Source: Methanobacteriota archaeon
GTDB lineage: Archaea > Undinarchaeota > Undinarchaeia > Undinarchaeales > Undinarchaeaceae
Reading direction: 5' to 3'
DNA: 50,654 nt
Assembly: GCA_002687935.1 (NCBI GenBank)
Contig: NZBN01000004.1
Coordinates: 1-50,654, forward strand
The translations under genes and the position numbers were made by a program. The notes under the pieces were generated by a model, which made no database searches, had not been told where the DNA came from, and saw nothing but the letters and a program-made list of their open reading frames with translations. Positions 19,579 through 27,882 of the stretch are shown here, in pieces (position 1 is the first letter of the stretch; every line of letters begins with the position of its first letter).

Positions 19579-19907
19579 TGGAACAACACTTGCTCGACGC
19601 AAAGGCAGAGGCATTCTCTTATTCTGCAAGATTTCCAGAAAAGCGATGGCGACGAATTGAACTGATGCAGAGAGTTGCAAAGGCGATTCAGAGGACAAGA
19701 GATAGTTGGTGTTTTTCTGATATTATTTATGCAATTGAACTTGCATATGGAGAAGAAACAGTAAACGAAAAACTTGTTGAGACACTTGCACTTGAGGGGG
19801 AAGAGTGGATAAACTCTTCTGAGAATATAGAATCATTGGGAGAAGATGGGATCGAAGAAGCCTTTGCTTTCATCTCTAAGACAGAAGACGACGATCTATA
19901 TTTTTGA
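19578..19907 (+). CDS. Hypothetical acidic protein
   Basis: 109 aa; start overlaps the TrmB-like stop. Confidence 0.65.
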   Translation: MEQHLLDAKAEAFSYSARFPEKRWRRIELMQRVAKAIQRTRDSWCFSDIIYAIELAYGEETVNEKLVETLALEGEEWINSSENIESLGEDGIEEAFAFISKTEDDDLYF

Positions 19908-19910
19908 ATT

Positions 19911-20054
19911 CTAGTTCTTTCTGAATCTCTGCGGAATTACACGATTGAAAAATTTCTTGTATTTCTTGACTAGAACGGTTCCAAGAACTGCAAGTACGGC
20001 CAGTTTCACTAGAACGTAGATTCCATATACACCGAGTAGTAATTTTATGGGCAT
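19911..20054 (-). CDS. 47-aa single-helix membrane peptide (absent from the ORF track)
   Basis: MPIKLLLGVYGIYVLVKLAVLAVLGTVLVKKYKKFFNRVIPQRFRKN*; GGAGGT RBS 3 nt before the ATG. Confidence 0.65.
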   Translation of the reverse strand: MPIKLLLGVYGIYVLVKLAVLAVLGTVLVKKYKKFFNRVIPQRFRKN

Positions 20055-20134
20055 GATACCTCCGCTACGAGTATTTTTAACTATAAAAGCATTGTGGAAG
20101 CAACATATTTATATCAACCAAAACTATGTGAGTT

Positions 20135-20656
20135 ATGGCAGATTACAAAGACTCAGATATATACAAAGGATATACTAAACCATTTCAGGCTCTCATTAAC
20201 ACTACGTTTAGAAATAAAAGGCGCGAATGGATTATAGTCCCGATGGGAACTGATGAAGAGCATCACTATAAATGGCTGGCAAGCTCATATTTCATACGAG
20301 ATTTATGCAAAGATGCACCACAGAGCGCCCAGTACGGATTCTATACAGTTCTTCCATACATTACAATAATGTGGGAAGGGAGAGGAATAACCTTGAACCA
20401 GGTCAGAGAAACTATTGATGGACAGAATTGGGCAGTATTGTTCAGGAGTGGAAACACCAGAGATAACACTTCTGCATTGTTTGAACAGATTAAAGGTCAT
20501 TTACAAACTCAATTCGGAGCAAGTTATGAAATCATTGAAGGAGTCGAGATTTCAGGAAATGGTTATAATTTGAACAGAGAGCTTAGAGAGAAGCTTGAGA
20601 AACAAATATCAGATTTCAGGCCAGTAAGAAAAATTGGTGTTTTTAAGAAGAAGTAG
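20135..20656 (+). CDS. Hypothetical protein
   Basis: 173-aa ORF with upstream tttatat; no family recognised. Confidence 0.65.
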   Translation: MADYKDSDIYKGYTKPFQALINTTFRNKRREWIIVPMGTDEEHHYKWLASSYFIRDLCKDAPQSAQYGFYTVLPYITIMWEGRGITLNQVRETIDGQNWAVLFRSGNTRDNTSALFEQIKGHLQTQFGASYEIIEGVEISGNGYNLNRELREKLEKQISDFRPVRKIGVFKKK

Positions 20657-20669
20657 CTAAAGTTCGCTT

Positions 20670-22283
20670 TTATTCTTCCTCTTCAGAAGCTCCACTTTCA
20701 ATCCATTTATTTAGAAATTCTGCTGCAAGAGCTTTTATCCTCATAACTTCTTTGTTGTAGGATTTTCCGTAAGAATACTTTTCTGAATATTCCCCAAAGT
20801 TGTGCTTTGCAGTATCAAAATACTCTGCAATATCGTCAGAACCCATATTTTCAAGGCTATCAATATGAAGTAGCCCCATTGCAGTTCGACGCCAACGCTG
20901 ATACTTTTCTGTGATTTCAGTAGCGTTCATCTCCTTCCATTCCCCTTCTGAAAGGGCGTCCGAAAAATCTTTCCACTCAGAGGGTATGTCCCCCTTCTTT
21001 TTGTAGTCCCTAGTCTTCCCCTCAAAAGGATCGAAAACAGGTGGAATATAACCAAGGGGTAGTAAGCCTGAAAGTATAACAGGTGGCTCAACAAGAAGCT
21101 TCAGAAGAAGCTCTTCAGTAATCCACACATAACCCCCTTCTCCAAAGCCCTTACCCCAACTATTCCTGATTTTGAAAGCCTTGACTCCACCACCTTTGTG
21201 TGGATAGTGTGAGTGGTAACCAACAATCGTCATTGCATGACATTCGTCTTTACCACCTGAAGTTTTTGTATAAAGAGATTTTGTATGATGGTTGAAATTT
21301 CCATAAGTATCCATAGCTATGTATATTGGGTCTCCTTGTTTCAGCCAAGATATCCACTCTGAAGTGTCAGTTCTGGAAAGTTTTAATGACTTCTGTGCAC
21401 CCCTTCGTCTTGCATCGTCTTCTATAATAGTAGCATTTTCAGGTTCCTCTGTAGGATTCTTTTTGAACTTATTTGGCTCATCTGATTCTTGATCCTTGTA
21501 GCTCCACAAAGCCTCGGTGCAAATTCCTTTATATGAAGCACGTGATTCATCTGTAATGCATGAAAAAATATTTTGAGTTAAGCTACCCACATCAGAATTT
21601 TTAGCTTCAACCCCTCTCCCGAAATAGTAAAGGAAGAGAGGAGAAAGTACCTCACTCTTTCCGTCAATATTGTGGTAGTATTCCACCATACAAGAGGCAG
21701 CAAATGCAGCGCAGGAACCTAGCCCCCCTTGTGACCTTACACCCAGAAAATTTTCAGAAAGGTCAATTAAAATTTCTTCAGTATTAATTTCTTCTTTTTC
21801 GGAATCTGATAGCTCATCAGCCTCCTCTATTTCATCGAGGTCTTCGTCGACGTGGAGCTGAGGCTCTTCACGCTTTTCATCCGGCATATCTGGATCACTA
21901 TCTACAGAGTCTGCCAAATCTACCAGACCTTCAGGGTCTATTCCCTCTCGTCGCTCGCCAGCGTCTTCTTCATCCGCAGGCGCAGGAGGAGTAGGTCTTC
22001 TTCTGCCAGGTCCTCCGTCAAAGCCTAATCGACGAAATAAGAAAATAAGTGCCACTACAGCTACCAGGAGGATAATTATTCCAGAGCCGCCCCCTCCGCC
22101 GCCAGTTGCTCCGCCACTGCTTCCGCCACTAACAGCAGAACCTCCACCTCCGCCGAAGGAAATACCACCAAAACTCTCCATTATGCCCAGACCAAGGAGT
22201 CTGTCAGCAAAGAAGAGTGCGCCTATAATTACAATAAGGACTATGAGGATTTTACCAAATTTCCCATACTTTTTCTTAAACAT
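20670..22283 (-). CDS. Membrane-anchored papain-like (C1) cysteine protease
   Basis: Q..GSC (SQGGLGSCAAF), CHAMTIVGY, IRNSWG; two N-terminal TM helices joined by a Gly-rich linker. Confidence 0.88.
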   Translation of the reverse strand: MFKKKYGKFGKILIVLIVIIGALFFADRLLGLGIMESFGGISFGGGGGSAVSGGSSGGATGGGGGGSGIIILLVAVVALIFLFRRLGFDGGPGRRRPTPPAPADEEDAGERREGIDPEGLVDLADSVDSDPDMPDEKREEPQLHVDEDLDEIEEADELSDSEKEEINTEEILIDLSENFLGVRSQGGLGSCAAFAASCMVEYYHNIDGKSEVLSPLFLYYFGRGVEAKNSDVGSLTQNIFSCITDESRASYKGICTEALWSYKDQESDEPNKFKKNPTEEPENATIIEDDARRRGAQKSLKLSRTDTSEWISWLKQGDPIYIAMDTYGNFNHHTKSLYTKTSGGKDECHAMTIVGYHSHYPHKGGGVKAFKIRNSWGKGFGEGGYVWITEELLLKLLVEPPVILSGLLPLGYIPPVFDPFEGKTRDYKKKGDIPSEWKDFSDALSEGEWKEMNATEITEKYQRWRRTAMGLLHIDSLENMGSDDIAEYFDTAKHNFGEYSEKYSYGKSYNKEVMRIKALAAEFLNKWIESGASEEEE

Positions 22284-22344
22284 CGTATAATATTAAGGAA
22301 CTTTATAGCTATAATAGTTTTTCAAATTGAATTTTGAAAAAAAG

Positions 22345-22438
22345 TCCCCCCGGCTGGATTTGAACCTGCAACCTTCCGGTATCAGCACATACTGATGACG
22401 TTCTACAGCCGGACGCTCTGCCATTGAGCTACAGGGGG
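22345..22438 (-). tRNA. tRNA-Tyr(GTA) with 22-nt intron at 37/38 (22381-22402)
   Basis: C1-G72 pair, A73, anticodon arm TCCGG-CTGTAG|A-CCGGA; BHB with one U-U in the central helix. Confidence 0.92.
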
Positions 22439-22674
22439 ATAACATTTTGATGAATGTTTGCTTATTTAAATCTAGTGGGGTGCTTGCTTGTCTCGATGCT
22501 ATTATAGTTTAGTTCTGGCAAAGCTTATTTGGGAAGTATTATACTTATCTTTTTAAGCCTTGAATTATGGAGAAAATATACTTTTTTCATAATCTCCCTT
22601 GCATTATTTAACTGATCTTTAGTAAGACATTATTATATCAGAACGGAGTGAAATGGTTGAAGAGGGGAGTGTAG

Positions 22675-22748
22675 TGGGCCCGACCGGATTTGAACCGGCG
22701 ACCTTTACCATGTGAAGGTAACGTCATACCGAGCTAGACCACAGGCCC
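22675..22748 (-). tRNA. tRNA-Val(CAC)
   Basis: Cloverleaf; anticodon arm TTACC-TTCACAT-GGTAA. Confidence 0.95.
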
Positions 22749-22801
22749 ACAAGTATTCTTTGGGTAGGGGTTACGCGCTTGCGCGTCTGACCACAGGCCC
22801 A
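22737..22801 (-). repeat. 13-bp duplication of the tRNA-Val 5' end flanking a TCAGA...TAACCC hairpin insert
   Basis: gaccacaggccca at 22737-22749 and 22789-22801; minus strand GGGCCTGTGG-TCAGA-CGCGC-AA-GCGCG-TAACCC. Confidence 0.85.
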
Positions 22802-22816
22802 TCTGCATTCAATCGT

Positions 22817-23386
22817 TTAAAGCCAATCACCAGAAGGTCGCTCTTTTGGCTTCTCATCTTCTGCAGACTCTGTAGCTTCGCTTGTCTCTGCTACAGGGGC
22901 TTCATCTGACGATGAACCAGGAAGGTCGAAAAATGCAAAGCTCGAAGGTGACTCTGTAGAAGCAGGCATAGCAGCTCCGCTTTTGACAAGAGCTTCAGGA
23001 TATTTTATTCCAAGCACCCTCAGAGCAAGATAGGCGGCATTTTTTCCATTATCAACGCCGACAGCCGCAACTGGAACTCCGGCAGGCATCTGTACTGTCG
23101 AAAGAAGGCTGTCCAGACCTCCGAGTTTTGCATCTACTGGAACTCCGATAACTGGTTTCGCGGTTATGCTTGCAACAAATCCTGGAAGTGCAGCAGAAAG
23201 ACTGGCCACGCAAATAAAAACATCTGATGCGGAATCCAGCACTATTTCTCGAACTCTGTCAGGATTTTTGTGTGCAGAAGAGACTTCACAAAGATAGGGA
23301 ACTTCGTAGACATCCAGAACTTTTTTTACAGACTCGGCTATATGCATATCTGTTTCCGAGCCGACTAATAGTGTTATGTGCTTCAT
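22817..23386 (-). CDS. purE: PurE (AIR carboxylase / N5-CAIR mutase family) with acidic C-terminal tail
   Basis: GSETD, SSAHK, LPG.VAS....PVIGVP, GGLDSLLSTVQMPAGVPVA; ATG 23386 overlaps the upstream stop. Confidence 0.9.
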   Translation of the reverse strand: MKHITLLVGSETDMHIAESVKKVLDVYEVPYLCEVSSAHKNPDRVREIVLDSASDVFICVASLSAALPGFVASITAKPVIGVPVDAKLGGLDSLLSTVQMPAGVPVAAVGVDNGKNAAYLALRVLGIKYPEALVKSGAAMPASTESPSSFAFFDLPGSSSDEAPVAETSEATESAEDEKPKERPSGDWL

Positions 23387-24297
23387 TCGATTGCCTCTTG
23401 CACGCTTTTTGCGAGCAGCTTCTCCATTGTTGGAAGACCTTCTCTTGCACCCATGTGCTGGATACATAAGGATGCAACTTTGCTTCCCATTTTTCCAGAC
23501 TCAGACAAAGTCCGTCCAGCAAGGATTCCGGCAAGGAATCCTGCGGCGTAGGCATCACCTGAACCTGTGCTGTCCACCACATTTGCAGGATATGTTGGGA
23601 TATTATATGACTCTTTCCTTGATGCGACATAGGAACCTTCCTTGCCACGAGTTACAGCAATTCTTTTGACTCCCAGCTTGAAGAGCCGGCTACACGCGCC
23701 TTCGTAGGACTCGTCCATGAGATATTTTATTTCCTCCTCATTTATGAGAAGGATGTCCGTCTTTTTGAGTATTGGAATTAATTCACTGTAACCGAAATGG
23801 GACATTACCTTGCCAGGAGAAAAACTTAGTTTTGTTTTTCCCAGTTTCTTGACAAGAGCCTTTTGAAGGTCCAGTTTACTGGAATCAACAAAGGAAGACA
23901 TATGAAAATATTTTGCCTTCTTAATTTGCTCAGTATTTATGTCACTTAGCTCGAGCTCTTTTGCCACGCCAGAATCTCTGTAAAAAGTTGAGGCACCAGA
24001 TTTATCAATTATAGCAAGTATTTTAGAAGTCTGCCCTTTTTTCTTTGAAACTCCTGATATTTTGACAGACTCTTTTTTGAGAATTTCCATAATATCCTTT
24101 CCTGCAGAATCAGAACCTACAACACCCAAAGCGGCTGTTTTGAAACCTAATCTTGAAAGTCCGACAAGAGTATTTGCGGCTGAACCGCCTGCCTCTTCTT
24201 TTTGTTCAAGTATACAAGCCTCTCGACCGTATGATGCAGAATCAACCCTATACAGAATATCCGTATTCAGATTTCCGAAGCCGATTACATCAGACAT
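23383..24297 (-). CDS. PfkB/ribokinase-family kinase
   Basis: GGSAANT..GLSRLG, INEEE, DSTGSGDAYAAG. Confidence 0.92.
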   Translation of the reverse strand: MSDVIGFGNLNTDILYRVDSASYGREACILEQKEEAGGSAANTLVGLSRLGFKTAALGVVGSDSAGKDIMEILKKESVKISGVSKKKGQTSKILAIIDKSGASTFYRDSGVAKELELSDINTEQIKKAKYFHMSSFVDSSKLDLQKALVKKLGKTKLSFSPGKVMSHFGYSELIPILKKTDILLINEEEIKYLMDESYEGACSRLFKLGVKRIAVTRGKEGSYVASRKESYNIPTYPANVVDSTGSGDAYAAGFLAGILAGRTLSESGKMGSKVASLCIQHMGAREGLPTMEKLLAKSVQEAIE

Positions 24298-25588
24298 TTT
24301 GAATTTCCTCCATTTTTTTCATAGCTTTCTGAGCAAGTCCTATAGTCCCTATATCCTTTCTATAGAATATGTTTTCGGACTTTACTGCAGAAATAGCGGA
24401 CTCAACTAAATCTTCCGAATCCTCGTGAGAGTCTTCTAAAGCAAGAATCGCGAGTGACCTACCTTCAGAGGTGTATAATTTCCCGTTCTTGATATTGACA
24501 CTATTGTAGTACAGCTCGGCGCCTGCCTTAGATATTTTATCCTCGTCAACACTAAGAGAGACACCAATCTTCGGTTTTTCCGGATAGCCAACAGGAACTA
24601 AATATTTGCAAACAGATGCCTTCTTTTTGAATTCTATGCTTGGCCATAATTTCCCCTCGAGAATGGACATACACAAGTGAGAAAAATCTGTCTTTAGAAG
24701 AGATAAGACATTGAGTGCTTCAGGATCTCCAAAACCGGCAGAAATATCAAGAAGTTTTGGACCCCCTGCAGTCATCACAAAGCGAGCGCAGAGAACCCCC
24801 TTATAGACTGAATTGTGTTCTGATTTCAAAGCTCTTAGAAGTTTTTGGAGAATTGACAAAGAATTTTCTGCATCCTCAGTGCTGATATATGGCAGAAGGT
24901 GGTTTGACTCAGAATAAGTTCCTACATCTTCACTTAAGTGGATTTTGTCATTTTCTGAGATTTTGTAACTCTTTACAAGAGGCATTGGAGAGAGTGTTTC
25001 ACCGTCAGTGAAAACCTGTAAAGTAAATTTTTCCCCTTCTGCTTTTTCCTGGAGAACAACTGAGGTAGAACCGGAAGACTTGTCCCCAATCGATCTGTAA
25101 GCGTATTCCCTGGCAAGGTAGGGGGTTTCAAAGTGATTTTCTGGACTTTCGGAAGTGCTGACAGAAAGAGAAGTTCCAATATCTCTGAATGCATTATTGA
25201 TTTCGTGACGGCTTTCACATGCAGCAAATTTCAGGGAGGCTTCAGAAGCATGATCCTGAATAAAAAATCTGAAGAAGGCAGAGTCCCAATCCAGCCTTGC
25301 TCCGGCTCTGCTTGGAGCCACTACCTGGAAACCGGCTTCTGAAAGAGCATCACCAACGCCGGCGGCGATAACAGTCCCCGGACCAATGAATATGTAATCA
25401 GGGATGACGTGTCTGGCAAAGAGGATTGCTTCATTAGCATCAAGAATATTGCCTACTTTTATTTCAGAAGCGAGGGAAGAAATTCCCGGATTGTCTAAGG
25501 AGACAAAAGCATAAAGCTCGGAACCTTCGACCATCCTTTTTGCTATGGCGTGCTCGCGAGCACCACCACCTATAAGAAGCGACTTCAT
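24290..25588 (-). CDS. purD: PurD-like protein with eroded ATP-grasp motifs
   Basis: GGGAREHA, FGDPE, KYLVPVGYP and GR.L recognisable; K..GL.GGKGV, QDHKR and NTGGMG missing. Confidence 0.8.
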   Translation of the reverse strand: MKSLLIGGGAREHAIAKRMVEGSELYAFVSLDNPGISSLASEIKVGNILDANEAILFARHVIPDYIFIGPGTVIAAGVGDALSEAGFQVVAPSRAGARLDWDSAFFRFFIQDHASEASLKFAACESRHEINNAFRDIGTSLSVSTSESPENHFETPYLAREYAYRSIGDKSSGSTSVVLQEKAEGEKFTLQVFTDGETLSPMPLVKSYKISENDKIHLSEDVGTYSESNHLLPYISTEDAENSLSILQKLLRALKSEHNSVYKGVLCARFVMTAGGPKLLDISAGFGDPEALNVLSLLKTDFSHLCMSILEGKLWPSIEFKKKASVCKYLVPVGYPEKPKIGVSLSVDEDKISKAGAELYYNSVNIKNGKLYTSEGRSLAILALEDSHEDSEDLVESAISAVKSENIFYRKDIGTIGLAQKAMKKMEEIQNV

Positions 25589-25629
25589 CCCAACCTCAAG
25601 ACAAATAAGAAAGGACTCTTATTAAACTT

Positions 25630-26004
25630 TTATCTGGAGGCGATGATGTGGCAGTCTTCAACAGAAACTTCAACAAAGTGTGTCGCCTCTCCATTTATGT
25701 AAGACTCACATTGATTAGACTGATCTCTGTCAACTTCTTCACGCGGATCGTGACCGGAATCACATACCCAGCCTTCAACTATGCTGTTTGAGAGACAGGG
25801 ACCTACACTTAAATCCTGACCTGCAGATTTGGAATCCTGGCAGAGTTTAACGCAAAGACTTTGAGGATTTTCAAGTAAATTACCCCCTACATTTGGAATA
25901 ACGATTTCACTGACACCCTGATAGAGATTTTCCTCAGCACTCGAACCGGCCAGACAGCCTGAAATTAGAAGTGGAAATACCATAATAAGAACTAATTTTT
26001 TCAT
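25630..26004 (-). CDS. Putative lipoprotein with six Cys in the mature part
   Basis: Lipobox-like LLISGC; C..LC, GPCLSN, WVCD, NQC, HFVEV...DC. Confidence 0.75.
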   Translation of the reverse strand: MKKLVLIMVFPLLISGCLAGSSAEENLYQGVSEIVIPNVGGNLLENPQSLCVKLCQDSKSAGQDLSVGPCLSNSIVEGWVCDSGHDPREEVDRDQSNQCESYINGEATHFVEVSVEDCHIIASR

Positions 26005-26028
26005 AAACTGACTATTGTAGAGAACTTT

Positions 26029-26559
26029 TTAAGACTTTGGGAGCCACATTTCAAGGATGATAATATCAGAATATACTCCATCTCTTTTCGAGTGTTTCTT
26101 GCGGGAAGCAACTCTTGAAAATCCAAGTTTTTCGTAGAATTTCAAAGCCCCTTCATTATTGGAGTCGCAGTAAAGTTCTACAAGTTCCAGACCCAAGTCT
26201 TTTGCCGAGTCAAGAGTCTTTTCAAAGAGTAATTTTGCTAAGCCGCTACCGCGCCAATTAACTGAAACACTTATGTCCATAATGGCTACGTGGTCCATAG
26301 CACTTTTCTTCATAAAGTCTCTGTTGATTCCACAGATACCGATAATTTTACCGTCGTGCAGGGCGACAAGGGTCACTCCTCTGTCAGTTTCACGCATTTC
26401 CTGAACGTAGGAAAGAAATTTCTGCTCTTCTTCGAGTGTAAATTTTTCAAGATGGGCTATGTAAGCATCCTCATCAATGAGGCAATTTATGTATTCCATA
26501 CAAATTTCAGCGTCTTCGATAGAGGGCTGCCTGAATTCAACTTCACTGAGATTCATCAA
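26029..26559 (-). CDS. GNAT N-acetyltransferase
   Basis: VSVNWRGSGLAKLL, NEGALKFYEKLGF. Confidence 0.9.
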   Translation of the reverse strand: MMNLSEVEFRQPSIEDAEICMEYINCLIDEDAYIAHLEKFTLEEEQKFLSYVQEMRETDRGVTLVALHDGKIIGICGINRDFMKKSAMDHVAIMDISVSVNWRGSGLAKLLFEKTLDSAKDLGLELVELYCDSNNEGALKFYEKLGFSRVASRKKHSKRDGVYSDIIILEMWLPKS

Positions 26560-26873
26560 TTTCTCCTGAATTGTTCAAGTTGGCGCCTTTCCTCAGCAGG
26601 CATATGCTGCTTCTTTTGGAGTCCCTTGAAGTTGTTCTGAACTCCTTTGAACTTCTGAAGGACTCTTCCAGTGTCAACTTGAGGACCATCAGGGAAGAGA
26701 ACTTTCGAGCACTCTTCTACAAGATCCAAAAGGTCACGAAGAGAGTATGCTATTGCATCCTCAGTGCTCTCTCCTGGATATTTGTTAACCAGCTTAAGGT
26801 TTCTCTGATGGTAGTCAAAAAATTCCTGCAACCACAAGTATGCTTGGGTCCATTCTTCAAATTTGCGTGCCAT
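26556..26873 (-). CDS. Hypothetical protein
   Basis: 105 aa; stop overlaps the GNAT start. Confidence 0.6.
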   Translation of the reverse strand: MARKFEEWTQAYLWLQEFFDYHQRNLKLVNKYPGESTEDAIAYSLRDLLDLVEECSKVLFPDGPQVDTGRVLQKFKGVQNNFKGLQKKQHMPAEERRQLEQFRRN

Positions 26874-26949
26874 ATTTTTCTTTAGGTTTAACAGAATAAA
26901 TACCTTTCATGAAGACAGAAATATATAGGAGAGACAACAAATTCAAGAC

Positions 26950-27276
26950 ATGAGTAAGGAAGATAAGGAACTGGAAGAAAATATCAAGGATATGTGGAAG
27001 AGGCTGAGGATAACTTACAATTCTACAATACAGGAATATATTGAAGCTCTTACAGGACATATAAAAAATCTTGAAAGAAGAAGAGAGTCCCCTCAAGAAA
27101 AATTAAAAGCTGTACAAAAAAGAGTTGATAAGATAAATGAAGAACTACAAGAAATAGATGACGAAATTGTTTTTGCTAAGGGTGAACAAGCAAAATATTT
27201 TACACTAAAACTTGAGAGAGGAGAAAGGACCAAACTAGGAGAGATAAAAATATCTGAGAAAAGAGACAGAAATTAA
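26950..27276 (+). CDS. Hypothetical coiled-coil protein
   Basis: 108 aa, E/K-rich heptad character. Confidence 0.6.
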   Translation: MSKEDKELEENIKDMWKRLRITYNSTIQEYIEALTGHIKNLERRRESPQEKLKAVQKRVDKINEELQEIDDEIVFAKGEQAKYFTLKLERGERTKLGEIKISEKRDRN

Positions 27277-27280
27277 AGAA

Positions 27281-27649
27281 TTATCTGGATTTGGATTTTC
27301 TCCTGTTTCTTTGGCTTCTTCTTCGTTTATCCTTACTGAGGAGAGTTACCCACTGACTGTGAGTTTTACTGTCCATTGAAGGTAAATTATTTACAACCTC
27401 AGAAACACCTTTGAGAAAATCTTCAACTCTTATTTCAGAATCACCAACTGAAGATGACAGAAGCTCGCGATTTTGCTTCCTCCAGTTATCAATTAGTAAA
27501 ATAAGTTTCATTTTTTCATCATCTAGTATATATTCTCTGTTGCTTGTTCTTGTAAAAACAGGAGCAACTAAAGCATTTATTTCTGCAAGACGAGAATCCA
27601 GCTGAAGAAGATGCAGATCATTTATACTTACGCTCTTTTTTGAGGACAT
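27281..27649 (-). CDS. Hypothetical protein with basic tail
   Basis: 122-aa ORF. Confidence 0.55.
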   Translation of the reverse strand: MSSKKSVSINDLHLLQLDSRLAEINALVAPVFTRTSNREYILDDEKMKLILLIDNWRKQNRELLSSSVGDSEIRVEDFLKGVSEVVNNLPSMDSKTHSQWVTLLSKDKRRRSQRNRRKSKSR

Positions 27650-27724
27650 AATTATTGTAATTCCTAGATGTATTTAAAGAATTCGATAAAAGCACAAACT
27701 GGGCGCTGAATTTGATAACTTACA

Positions 27725-27818
27725 CCCCGACTGGGACCCAGAAGCACTTTTTTAGAAAAAAAGTTGCACAAAAAACCCCTCGCTTCGCTCGGGAGTAAAC
27801 CAAGCGCCCCGACTGGGA
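27725..27818 (+). repeat. 12-bp duplication of the tRNA-Glu 3' end flanking a 70-bp hairpin insert
   Basis: ccccgactggga at 27725-27736 and 27807-27818; insert shares CCAGA, AACCCCTCG, CGGG and TAAA blocks with the tRNA-Ser 3' insert. Confidence 0.8.
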
Positions 27819-27879
27819 TTCGAACCCAGGTCACCAGGATGAAAACCTAGTATGATTGGCCGGACTACACCATCGGGGC
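27805..27879 (-). tRNA. tRNA-Glu(TTC)
   Basis: Cloverleaf; anticodon arm CTAGG-TTTTCAT-CCTGG. Confidence 0.93.
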
Positions 27880-27882
27880 ATG

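Larger units (their letters stand above)
15265..22283. other. Accessory block with a minimal T4SS-like module next to the tRNA-Tyr 3' end
   Basis: Pilin, VirB6-like, PrgI-like, VirB4, regulator, orphans and protease; no integrase, relaxase or att repeat found. Confidence 0.55.

Noticed and set aside
14800-22345. Complete integrative conjugative element inserted at tRNA-Tyr
   Set aside because: I found no copy of the tRNA-Tyr 3' end at the left boundary, and no integrase, relaxase or coupling protein.
22381-22402. tRNA-Tyr intron as a non-canonical splice case
   Set aside because: It folds into an acceptable BHB at 37/38 (one U-U pair); the competing ATCAG/CTGAT hairpin alone is not enough to claim novelty.
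23387-23467. N-terminal extension of PurE
   Set aside because: It lies inside the PfkB gene; ATG 23386 forms an ATGA overlap and matches the family start.
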